Shown here in pieces: positions 34,663 to 44,630 of a stretch of 64,000 nt of DNA (its first letter is position 1; each line of letters opens with the position of its first letter). The notes beneath the pieces are model-generated. The model saw only the letters and a list, made by a program, of their open reading frames with translations, was not told where the DNA came from and searched no databases. The position numbers were made by a program, and so were the translations under genes. Origin of the DNA: Podarcis erhardii (lineage: Eukaryota); assembly GCA_964252035.1 (NCBI GenBank), contig OZ176203.1; one strand, 5' to 3'.

Positions 34663-36507
34663 ATATTCTTCTTCTTCCTCTCTCAGGCTCATTGCGCCGG
34701 GCTGTCTTTGGGCTGGGGGGTGCCAGGGGGGTTCCTGTCCACGACCTCTACCCCTGCCGACATTCGCCGATGTCCAGGGTCTCCGTTCCTGTCCAGGTCC
34801 CATGGGGATTGGCCCTGGGACTCGTTCTCCTCGTCCTCTTCCACCTGAGTGAGCCTGTGGGCATTCCCTTTTCCAGTGCCCTTCCTGCCGGCAGATGGCG
34901 CACTGGTTCCTCCTCAGACGGCCTTGCCCTCCTCCCCGGGCGCTTCCTCTTTCATGAGGGGTGGATGTGGTAACCTGTAACGCCATCAACTTTTTTGCTT
35001 GATATTTCTCCTTTTTCTTTTGTGCCTCTTCCTCCCTCTGATTATAAGTGGTTTGAGCCAATTCTAACATCCACTCAAGGGTGTGGCCCATGAAAGCCTC
35101 GTGCTTTTGAATTTTTCGGTGGACATCGGATGCTGCCTGAGCTACAAAGGCAGTTTTTATGATTGGGGCATTGGCAGCCTCATCTGGGTCCACAGGGGTA
35201 TACTGGCGGTAAGCTTCCTTTAGTCTTTCCAGATAGGCGCCTGGGGGCTCCTCACTCCCTTGCATTATCTCCCTGATCTTGGCAAAATTAGTAGGCTTCC
35301 TGGCTGCCCTTCTCATGCCATTTAAGACATTCTGGCGATAAGTGGTGAGGGTATTTTGCCCATCAATGGTCTGATAATCCCAATTCGGTGTATTTTCAGG
35401 ATATCCTGTTGCAAGAGCTTGCTCTCCTACCCCCTGCGTTCTCATGTGTGCTCGGGCTTCAGTATGAATTCGCCTAACCTCCTCTGTAGTTAGCAGGGCA
35501 TCCATCAAATACTGTACATCATCATAAGTGGGATTGTAGGTTTTGAAAATTCCCTCAAACAGCTTAATTATTTTTGCTGGGTTTTCCTCAAATGAAGGGT
35601 TTTGGTTCCTCCAGTTACAAACGTCTGCACTAGAGAAGGGGACATGTTGAACTGTATAAGTTCTATTGGGCACCTCCCCGTCAGGTCCCGCGGGGGCCGG
35701 AGGGTCATACACTCTGCGGAGAGGCATCACTCTGGCCGCGCCCTTCTCCTGTGCTTTATGTGCCCTATGGAGGGTCACTCTTTTTGCTGCCCTTCCCCAC
35801 TCTCTCTGCCACTTCCTTTTCTGTTGCCCTGCACATTCCGCCGCCTTTAACAAATGGTGGCTGACATCCACTTCTTTTGCATAAGGTTCCACATACTTTC
35901 TTAAACGTTCTGCCTGTTTCTCTGTCCATGTCTTATTATCATTTGTCAGCTTAACTAATCTTTCTACAAACTCTTCATCCTCATCATCCTCTTCTCCTTC
36001 TGACTCATCATTCTTGGGTTCGGGTGGGCCAGCTCCTCCCAGTGTCTGGGGACCTGGGTCTGGTAGATTTGCCTGAGGGGTAGTTGGTGGAGCATAGGGG
36101 GGAGGTGGTTTAATAATTCCTCCCTCCTCATCTTCTGGGTCTGGTATCACTGGGGGCCTTTCTGACTTCCCCACCGGTTGAACTGCACAAACTGTACTTT
36201 GTGGGGCGTCGCCCTGGCAGGCTTTCAACCATGGTGGGTTCTTCTCTACATTGGTTTTCCAAGTAGAAATATAAGGGATCTGATCTGGGTGGACATTCAA
36301 GATGTTCTGATATAATGGGCTGATTAGCTGCAAATCAAAGCTCCCTTCCGAAGGCCAAGTAACTTCTTGTAAGGGCCAATCAACTTCACACAATGTCCTC
36401 ATTCTCTGTCGTCTTAATTTAATTCCCCAGTCATCATTTTTTGTGGCTGCTTTCCAGTTGTTTAAGAAGCATTCCAGGGGACTACATTGGCTTGCCCCAG
36501 ACCCCCT
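34660..36507 (-). CDS. gag: Gag (MA, p12-like, CA, NC); open frame, but the predicted start codon reads AGG; first in-frame ATG at 36402
   Basis: (M)GSGASQCSPLECFLNNWK, WPSEGSF, PPPY late domain, PFSSADVCNWRNQNPSF, MHR QGSEEPPGAYLERL, single CAICRQEGHWKREC knuckle. Confidence 0.9.
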   Translation of the reverse strand, partial: RGSGASQCSPLECFLNNWKAATKNDDWGIKLRRQRMRTLCEVDWPLQEVTWPSEGSFDLQLISPLYQNILNVHPDQIPYISTWKTNVEKNPPWLKACQGDAPQSTVCAVQPVGKSERPPVIPDPEDEEGGIIKPPPPYAPPTTPQANLPDPGPQTLGGAGPPEPKNDESEGEEDDEDEEFVERLVKLTNDNKTWTEKQAERLRKYVEPYAKEVDVSHHLLKAAECAGQQKRKWQREWGRAAKRVTLHRAHKAQEKGAARVMPLRRVYDPPAPAGPDGEVPNRTYTVQHVPFSSADVCNWRNQNPSFEENPAKIIKLFEGIFKTYNPTYDDVQYLMDALLTTEEVRRIHTEARAHMRTQGVGEQALATGYPENTPNWDYQTIDGQNTLTTYRQNVLNGMRRAARKPTNFAKIREIMQGSEEPPGAYLERLKEAYRQYTPVDPDEAANAPIIKTAFVAQAASDVHRKIQKHEAFMGHTLEWMLELAQTTYNQREEEAQKKKEKYQAKKLMALQVTTSTPHERGSARGGGQGRLRRNQCAICRQEGHWKRECPQAHSGGRGRGERVPGPIPMGPGQERRPWTSANVGRGRGRGQEPPWHPPAQRQPGAMSLREEEEEY

Positions 36508-36850
36508 TTTTTTTTTTCCAGATACTCCGCTCCTAACCGGGTTATAAATTCTTTCACACTACACACACTTCAGGTTGTGACTTGATCGAGCTTTCGCTGC
36601 CAAGAAATGCACAACCCTGCACTCGCTCGGCCAAGGGGCACTAATACCCCGGCCCACACTTGACAATTCAATCACCGGAGTATCTGACATGCAACATACT
36701 ACATACAAATCACATCAATATATTTTCCCCTCTGTTTCCCTTTTATTTAACCTTACTGGCACACTTCTACCACAGCCAGTTCCCTTTTCCCTGGCGGCAC
36801 TTTTATTTGCCACGGCCAGGTGAGGCTGATCAGGCCTCGCCCTTTCCCTT

Positions 36851-36862
36851 GGGCTCACCTTT
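36851..36862 (-). promoter_or_regulatory. Probable major retroviral splice donor
   Basis: AAG|GTGAGC in the leader (GT at 36858-36857), between PBS and gag. Confidence 0.6.
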
Positions 36863-37047
36863 TTTTCCGCTGGGGACCCCTCCTGGCCAGTTCTCTTTTC
36901 TCCCTCGACCTGTGTCTCCACTCCGGAGCGGTGTGGCCGGTTCCCCCCACGAATTGGCAGGGTGCGCGCTGGAGCCTGCAAGCGCCGATCCGAGCTGTTC
37001 ACCGAGGTCGAGCCTGGCCCTCCCCGGCCCTCTGGGGTGGGGCAGAA

Positions 37048-37065
37048 TTCCCGGCCAACGCACCA
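37048..37065 (-). promoter_or_regulatory. Primer-binding site, tRNA-Gly(UCC)
   Basis: TGGTGCGTTGGCCGGGAA, 3 nt after the LTR CA; complementary to the vertebrate tRNA-Gly(TCC) 3' end TTCCCGGCCAACGCA-CCA as recalled. Confidence 0.9.
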
Positions 37066-37068
37066 AGA

Positions 37069-37609
37069 TGAAGGCTGAACCTTGTCCTTGCCAGGGAATT
37101 CGTTTGCCCGCGTCCCCAGTGCCGAAGAGAGAGCAAAAAGCACCAGGAAAGTTTCTTCTTTGGAGAAAAGAGTTTATTGCAATCTGCGCAGAGTGACAAC
37201 CAGCAGGATAGCTCCTGCAAACTGGCTGTGTCCCAAGACACTTCAGCAGACTTTCTTATACTTTTCTGAACACTCTTCCCCCTCCCATACCCTTTCCAGA
37301 TTTGCCCAATCAGCTGGCAAATGTTCAACTTATTCCCTTATATGGCACATCTATATTGCTTGCTAAACACATTTTTAATGCTTGCTAAACATTCCTTATA
37401 CGTGTCTTTCTGCTAGCTAAGCACTCCCCCCCCTCCCCTCTTGCTTATTGTGTCTTTTCTTATCTTTGCATTAGTAAGCATAAGGCAGGAAGAAGGGGCC
37501 TGGTTAAATCTGCAAACAGCAGCTAAAATATTTTTGCAAGCTAAGAAATGGACTTTTGACCTGCCAGACAGATTTAGCTGGCGATGTGCTAACTGTCTGG
37601 CCAAATTTG
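37069..37609 (-). repeat. 5' LTR, missing the outer 105 bp of U3
   Basis: Matches 28660-29200 at offset 8409 with one substitution seen (28868 C / 37277 T); followed by filler GTACCAAA(T) instead of the U3 end. Confidence 0.93.
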
Positions 37610-37622
37610 GTACCAAATGAGG

Positions 37623-37960
37623 TACTTAGAAAATTTTGGGAATCCATCTATAATGAATTTTTAAAAATTCTTAAATATACCTTCAGTAAAAAACCTGAAG
37701 CCTTCCTGCTGGGGATAATCGGAGAGGAAATTAAAAAGGAGGATAAGACACTTTTTCAATAAGCAACGGTGGCTGCCAGAACCCTCATAGCACAGTATTG
37801 GAAAACACCAAAAACCCCAACTATAAATGAGTGGCAATCTAAACTATTGGCTATCTAGAATTGGCAAAAATGACACAGAAAATAAGAAACCAAAAAAGTA
37901 CAAAATTTAATAATGAGTGGGATAAATTCAGGGTATACATGGAAATAGAGACAAAGGAAA
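37623..37960 (+). pseudogene. L1 ORF2 3' fragment, part 2
   Basis: (V)LRKFWESIYNEFLKILKYTFSKKPEAFLLG continues part 1 exactly once the provirus and one TSD copy are removed; contains a stop and a frameshift. Confidence 0.9.
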
Positions 37961-40466
37961 ATTAAAAACAAGAACAATAATAATAAAAATATGTAAAAAT
38001 CACAGTAGGTATGAGACAACGCTTGTGATGCAAAAAGTTTTTTTTTTTTTAAGGAAAAGAAACCACAGATAGAAAAATAATATAATACTTTCCGAAATCG
38101 AGATGAAGGGAAGTCAATCAATGTCATGTGAATTAATGTAAGTTGACGTGTTTATGCTTTATGTACTTTTATGTTTTTTTTTCTTTTCTTTTTCTTTCTT
38201 TTTTTTGTCCTCGGTTGTGTACTTTGTATGTTTGTTGGAATGTATGTTGTTTTTGTCTGTTATAACTTAATAAAAAGGAATATAAAAAAATAATAATAAT
38301 AAGGCAGCTTCCTATGTTTCAGCTTTTGTTGTGCGCATAGTGCATAGGTACATGTGGAATTGGTGAATTGATGATCACTTACTATCACAGAAAACTGAGA
38401 CCATTATGAAGAACCACTTGTACTAACATCACGTTGCACATCCACAGGTAATAAGGAACAGTCAGTCCCATATAAATGTCAGTGATATTTGGTGACAATG
38501 TGAACATTGCCTTGTTTTGTTTACTACTTCTTGCTGGAGGAATGAAAAGGTAACTTGTGGCCTGGAGGAAGATTTATTTAACCTTTAAGAGAGCTCTGTT
38601 TATACAGTTTATATTTATAGGAATTAATTTGGCAAGGTTTGAGAGGTTAACAATATCCATCTTTTCAAAGTTAGTACTCATTCAATATTGAAAAACAGTT
38701 TTAATGTTTGAAATTGCCTACCTGCAGTTCCAGATGAGTTACCATCTGAAAAACTAACAACTGTAAAAGTGCCTGTAGCTTTGTCTATTTTAATAGATGC
38801 ATAAAGCGTTAGTCTCAGTGAACTATATATAGATAAATATATACCAAAAATTCTGCACATTCTTTAACATTATTCAAAAGCTACATGCATGATCCCCAAG
38901 TGAAGCAATTCATTTGTGCATGTTATCCACAAAGTTCAGTTTTTATGCACATTCTCCATTAAGCTCACACTGACCACAACATATGTAAGGCACTTAACCA
39001 TATCAGCTTATACAGAAATGGCAAAGTTGAAGCCAAATCTGCTTAGTAAACAAAGGTTCACAGCAAAGGATATAGTCCTATATTTCACTATAATGCTTTG
39101 CTTCTATCTATTTTTAAGTACAACAGCTTGTCAGCAGATAGTTACTAATTGTAGAATTAGCCAGAAGGAAATGCAGTTTTCACTTTCCAAAGAGACTTCT
39201 ATGAGAATCCGATCAAAGTCAATGTCAAAAATCTGTTTTGATACATCATGATTACTGCCGATTAATTCCTTTTCTGTCCAGTATTAATCACAATCTTACT
39301 GTTCAAGAAACGAATGTAGCATTTTTAAAAGTATATTTTCATTCAGGGTTTGCATTTTAAAAAAACCTGTATTTGCTCCACAACTTCCACTGACATGGTC
39401 CAATATAGAGAATCTGCTTTTGGTAAACCACAACCTGGAATATTTCAGCTAATAATGTTTTTGGTACTTTTCTGGGATGTTGTGATTTTATTCTGCTAGC
39501 ACTACTTTAGATTTTGCAGATATATTTTATACAGGCTATAAGTTGAATCATTTTTGTTGTGGAAGATTTCTTTGGGAGGGAGGGAGGGAGGGAGGGAGGG
39601 AAGGAAGGAAGGAAGGATCTATTAACAATAGGCAGTTACTGTACATTCCTGTGGGAGTAGAGTCCACGTCCATTTGGCATATTCCCCTACAGTTTGGTAG
39701 TTACCCTCACCCTGGAGCATTCCTGCATCATTTCTAGCATGGATTGAAAAATCTGTGCTGCTCGCTGCATAGGTTTCTTCAGTTGCATGCACCTTTAACA
39801 GCCCTACCATTAGGCAGCTTGATATGCCTCCCTCAGGCAGCCAATGATATGGGGGTGGGAAGCAGATAGAGCTATATGTGCCATATGGCTTTTCTAGGGC
39901 CCGTTAAACTAATCTTCTGGCATCAGGTGTGGTGGTGGGGGATCCTCTCACATTGCCAGTCTGGTCAGTTTTGAGACACAGAATGGGGAGAAATTATGTC
40001 CTGGCAGAAAAATATCCTGGGCTAGAAGGAGCTTCCAGAGAGTAAACTATCACAAACCAGAGGCCTAGACTGCAAGTCTGGGAAGCACTGAAGAAGAGAG
40101 TCTAATTCCTGCCGTTAGAATTGTCCTAAGATAGTTTTGAAATTAATATTCTCTTCTGCTGCCTTTAGTTATACTCACTTTCCCTTAGTGTTAGCATTTT
40201 TATTTGAAGACACACTGTGGAATGTCAAGTGGACCTTTTCTTAAAGACAACAGGCTTCTTAAGTGCATTGTTTATTATCCCCGAAACAGGGAATTGTTTG
40301 CATGCTGCAAATGGAAAGTCCTGATACAATTACATGAGTTTACACAGAACAAAAATTCATCCTGTTCAAATCATAGGAATGATGGAAAACACTGAGCATG
40401 GGTTGAAAATACCCCTCACTCCCATAAAAAGCTGTATCACAAGGCTGCAGATAGCAAAGTGATATA

Positions 40467-40692
40467 TAGTGGAACCTCGGGTTACATACACTTCAGGTTA
40501 CAGACTCCGCTAACCCAGAAATAGTACCTCAGGTTAAGAACCTTGCTTCAGGATGAGAACAGAAATCATGCTCTGGCGGCACGGCAGCAGCAGGAGACCC
40601 CATTAGCTAAAGTGGTGCTTCAGGTTAAGAACAGTTTCAGGTTAAGAACGGACCTCCGGAACGAATTAAGTACTTAACCCGAGGTACCACTG
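40467..40692 (+). mobile_element. Tc1/mariner (Tigger-like) MITE, copy 1
   Basis: TIRs CAGTGGTACCTCGGGTTA (slightly mutated at left), TA flanks, repeated CTTCAGGTTA motifs. Confidence 0.9.
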
Positions 40693-40803
40693 TAACATTA
40701 ATGGCAAGTTTCATGAAGTTTTAAGATAAAATTCTGTAAGTTGAGAATATATTCAAGCTGTTTCTTGGTAGTAGAAAATCAAAAATAGTTTTATTGCTTA
40801 AGG

Positions 40804-41050
40804 TTTTTTTTTAAATTGAAATCACGTCAAAGTGCAAGTAGATAAATAGGTACCGCTCCGGCGGGAAGGAAAACGGCGTTTCAGTGCGCTGCTCTGGTTT
40901 TGCCAGAAGCGGCTTAGTCATGCTGGCCACATGACCCGGAAGCTGTCTGCAGACAAACGCCGGCTCCCTCGGCCAATAAAGCGAGATGAGCACCGCAACC
41001 CCAGAGTCGGCCATGACTGGACCTAATGGTCAGGGGTCCCTTTATCTTTT
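40804..41050 (-). mobile_element. Sauria SINE (5' part), ending in an A-run
   Basis: Minus strand AAAGGGACCCCTGACCATTAGGTCCAGTC...CTCTGGGGTTGCGG...GGTACCTATTTATCTACTTGCAC, the lacertid Sauria SINE head. Confidence 0.85.
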
Positions 41051-41602
41051 TATATATGAGGTCTTGGGTAGTAGGGTAGGAGTTAAGAGTTATTTGTTTT
41101 TGATGATCTAAGCATGTCTAAAATGCTTCCTGGTGAACTATTTACATGATGTCATCACGGGGCAGCAGCAACTGATTGCTACATGGTGTTGCCAAGATGT
41201 CAACACCCTAATAAACATATCTAACAGTGAAGTTCCACCTATAAACAAAAGCTGGTGTGGCATGAAAAGGCATGTGACTAGATAAAGTGAAGTGCCAACA
41301 AAATGAGAGGCCCAGGCTCCACCCCTCAGCTTGCCCCTGACAGGGCAAATTTGAACTTTGGGTTGGTGGCTGGCCAGAGAGGCATTCCAACAGCTGGCTG
41401 CCATGGCAAAGTAATTTCACCCTCCGGGGGGGGGGGAACCACACCAGACCGCAACCGCCTCCCACCTTCTGACCAGGTAAGTGGCTATTCCAAGGTGCAG
41501 TCAAGGTCGGGAATGTGCACAGTCAAGGCACAGTAAGAAGCTTGGAGGTTTGGAAAGAGGGAAAGTCTATGACAAGGAGCATCAGTGAGCTGAATCCTAT
41601 TA

Positions 41603-41844
41603 CAGTGGTACCTCGGGTTAAGTACTTAATTCGTTCTGGAGGTCCGTTCTTAACCTGAAACTGTTCTTAACCTGAAGCACCACTTTAGCTAATGGGGCCT
41701 CCTGCTGCCGCTGTGCTGCTGGAGCACGATTTCTGTTCTCATCCTGAAGCAAAGTTCTTAACCCGAGGTACTATTTCTGGGTTAGCAGAATCTGTAACCT
41801 GAAGCGTATGTAACCTGAAGTGTATGTAACCCGAGGTACCACTG
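41603..41844 (-). mobile_element. Same MITE family, copy 2 (inverted relative to copy 1)
   Basis: TA-CAGTGGTACCTCGGG ... CCCGAGGTACCACTG-TA; body is the reverse complement of copy 1. Confidence 0.92.
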
Positions 41845-42004
41845 TACAGCTCAAAAAGGAAAAACAGGCTTGGCAGCTCTTGTCATGACACACTGTAAAT
41901 CAGACCAGTCTACTGGAACGGTGGCTAGAGCTGAGTGCATCAACTGGACTCTCAGTTGGGCTTTGCGAAGGTCTCAAGTTCAGGACCTGCTCAGGACAAA
42001 CTTG

Positions 42005-42005
<1 letters not shown>

Positions 42006-42045
<40 letters not shown>
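42006..42045. repeat. (TTA)n microsatellite
   Basis: Uninterrupted run. Confidence 0.9.
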
Positions 42046-42047
<2 letters not shown>

Positions 42048-44509
42048 TGTGGTACATGCTATTCAATGCTTGGTATATGAAAGCAAGTAACTTGCATTAT
42101 ATGATGTGAGAGAAACACCATCATAGACAGGAAAACAGTACATTAACTTCAAAGTATACACTTCCCTGCTGCATAGATACATTAATCTGTAATGTCTATT
42201 TAGAATAGGTCTGAAGGCCATTTATAATGAGGGCAAGAAGTTATTGCCTGCATTCCCCAAAGACATCCTGATGACATAGTTATCCCAATCCATTGTGATG
42301 AAATACCTGAGCGGTATTATAAAGAAAACAATTTAGAGTGAGGGCACAGATTCCTGCCCTCTTAACCATATCTGAAGTGTCTGCATGAATGTTTAAGATA
42401 TATACTCCTGATGAAGAAGCCCACAGTTTTAAACTAATGGCACTGCAGACTTAATAAGGATGCATAAAATGAGAGTTTCCTTCTGGCTGAAACCCACCTT
42501 TTTGCTCTCAAAGGAAAATTCAGTGTGACTCTAGTTTGCATCCACTATCCACAACTTGGTTCTTCAAAACATCAGATTCCCACCATCCAAGCTTTTAATG
42601 TCCTTCCCGCTGTAATACTACACAAGGTACCATCACTTATCTGGTTTAGGCTCCTGCTGAAGTCAAACTATTTTCTCAGACCTTTCCTGACTCTGAAGCC
42701 TGAACCCTGTATTTTTGATCTCTGTATTTTTGTGGTGCCTGTGTTGTATTTTATTTCCAGTGTTTTTAGGGTGGTTTATTGATTATATCTTTCTATTGTA
42801 TATCTGTTCACCACTTAGAATGCTTTAAATATTAAGTGGCTTAGAAGTTCCGTTAAATAAACAAGCAAACATTTTCCTACCCCCTCAAAAAAAAAAAAAG
42901 GAGCCTGGTACTATGGCAGAAAACAGATATGCTTCCTTCCATTCATACTGCAGATTCCATGTTGAGTTTATTAATTTGGTGGGGACTAGCTGCTGGTACA
43001 GACTTTTGGGGCATTATATGGCAACCATATTGCAAGTATTTCCAAGAAATGTTTGGGTATGTTTTGTACTAAACTAGCTTTCTTACATCCTAGAGAATAT
43101 GGTCCAAGGTATTCAGAGTGACTACAGTGGAAAGTTAGTCTATATTTCTCTGGGGATATATCTACTGCATGTACTATTTAGTGATTTGTCCATCATTCTA
43201 TATGCTTTACACATAAAGTTCAAACAAAACCTATCCATTCAAGACTTGTATAATCCCTACTGGCACTCTGATTCAGATATTTTAAATAGCACAAGCTGCA
43301 TGCTTGAACACATTTTGATACGAACAAATAAAAGTTATTGGGTTATGCTGTGGAGACCGATAGCAGTGTCAGATTTAGATGAAATCAAAGAGGAAGGTCC
43401 TCTGGAGAAGGTCATTTAATTCCATGAAATTAAAGCCCTTGGGTGCCTTTTAAAATGCTATTTTGAACAGGGAAACTGATAGCTTTTATGCACCAAGGTT
43501 TGCATAAAGTAATTGCTTAAAAATCTTAAATCCCACTCTAGCACCTCCATAGTCATGAGCTGAGATGTCAGGGCAAAGCAAAATGATGATAAAATATGAT
43601 CTTCAAATATTTATACACATTAAAGCATTGTATGTATTTATCTGCAAATGTGTTTGAGCTTATTATTTATATGAGAATTTGTTCAGCTAATACATTTTCA
43701 TGAAAGCATTCGTACAGCTCTGAAAAAATGACAACACTTAACATTAATGATGGGCTGCTTAACAAAAATCATGCCAAAAATCTATTTTCTGATGTTTAAC
43801 AAACAACAAGCTCCTTTTGGTGGGAAGGAAATTGGAGGAAATGCCTGAAACTTTATATCCCCAAGGAGCTATATCTTTGCATATTGCAGAATATTCATTT
43901 GCCCCATATATTGAGATATTAAGTTATTTATATAAGGTACCATTTTAATAAACCTTAAACACAGCCCAAATCAGAATGTTTCGACAATATACTTGAATAA
44001 AGTAAAACTAAAGAAATATTAGTTGCCTAAAAACTTCCCCTTGTTAAGCACAAACACTAGAAGCAAATCTGTTTTGACTCACAAGTATTTGCTACTCTCA
44101 GCATTATCAGAATTGGCAAAGTCAAGATGCCATGAAGTTCCACATGAGTGGGGATGTTTTAACAAGCACTCTCAATGGGATAAGTCATTGAAAGAAGAAA
44201 AATAAAAATAAACAGCAACAATGTTTAGCCACTGAAAGTCCAATGGCACTGCCGACAGACTCAGATCAGATGCACAGATCAGCCTTCTCCAACCTGGTGC
44301 CCTCCAGATGTTTTGTACTACAACTCCCATCTGTCCCAGTCAGCACGCCATGTTATAGTCCAAATTATCTGGAGGGTATCAGGTTTGAAGATACTGGAGT
44401 AGATTGTGACACAATGTGCATTTGACAAAATGAGCTCTGGACTCCACAAAATATTTGTTCATCTTTAAAGTGTCAAAGGGTGGTGGTTTTAAAAGATCAG
44501 TTCAGAGCT

Positions 44510-44630
44510 CCAGCGGATCAGGCCAAATACCTACTTAGTCCAGCAACCTGTTCTCTCAGTAGCCAACACAATGGCCTATGAGAAGCCTGCAAGGAGGGCC
44601 TGAGTGCAATGAGAGTGCTGTTGCACAAGC
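44510..44630 (+). mobile_element. Squamate SINE-like repeat, partial copy
   Basis: GGATCAGGCCAA...TAGTCCAGCAACCTGTTCTC..., similar to 1165-1385. Confidence 0.45.

Larger units (their letters stand above)
28660..37618 (-). mobile_element. Class I (gammaretrovirus-like) endogenous provirus, LTR-gag-pro-pol-(orf)-env-LTR
   Basis: Paired LTRs, PBS, PPT, gag/pol/env motifs; TSD (T)GAGG at 28655-28659 and 37618-37622. Confidence 0.97.
27578..38298 (+). mobile_element. 5'-truncated L1 (~1.76 kb, second family) interrupted by a provirus
   Basis: TSD (AT)AAGGCAGCTTCCTATGTTT at 27557-27577 and 38299-38319; ORF2 3' homology 27578-28659 resumes at 37623; T-rich 3'UTR and A/(TAA)n tail. Confidence 0.93.

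Noticed and set aside
34034-34663. 209-aa antisense ORF over pro/RT (HBZ/ASP analogue)
   Set aside because: Lies wholly opposite a coding frame, far from the 3' LTR, with low-information composition; not distinguishable from a shadow ORF without conservation data.
37048-37065. tRNA-Gly-like sequence as a tRNA gene
   Set aside because: Only the 3' 18 nt including CCA, next to an LTR; it is a PBS.
36660-37196. 178-aa antisense ORF across the leader and 5' LTR
   Set aside because: TTG start, GC-rich leader, no recognisable domain.
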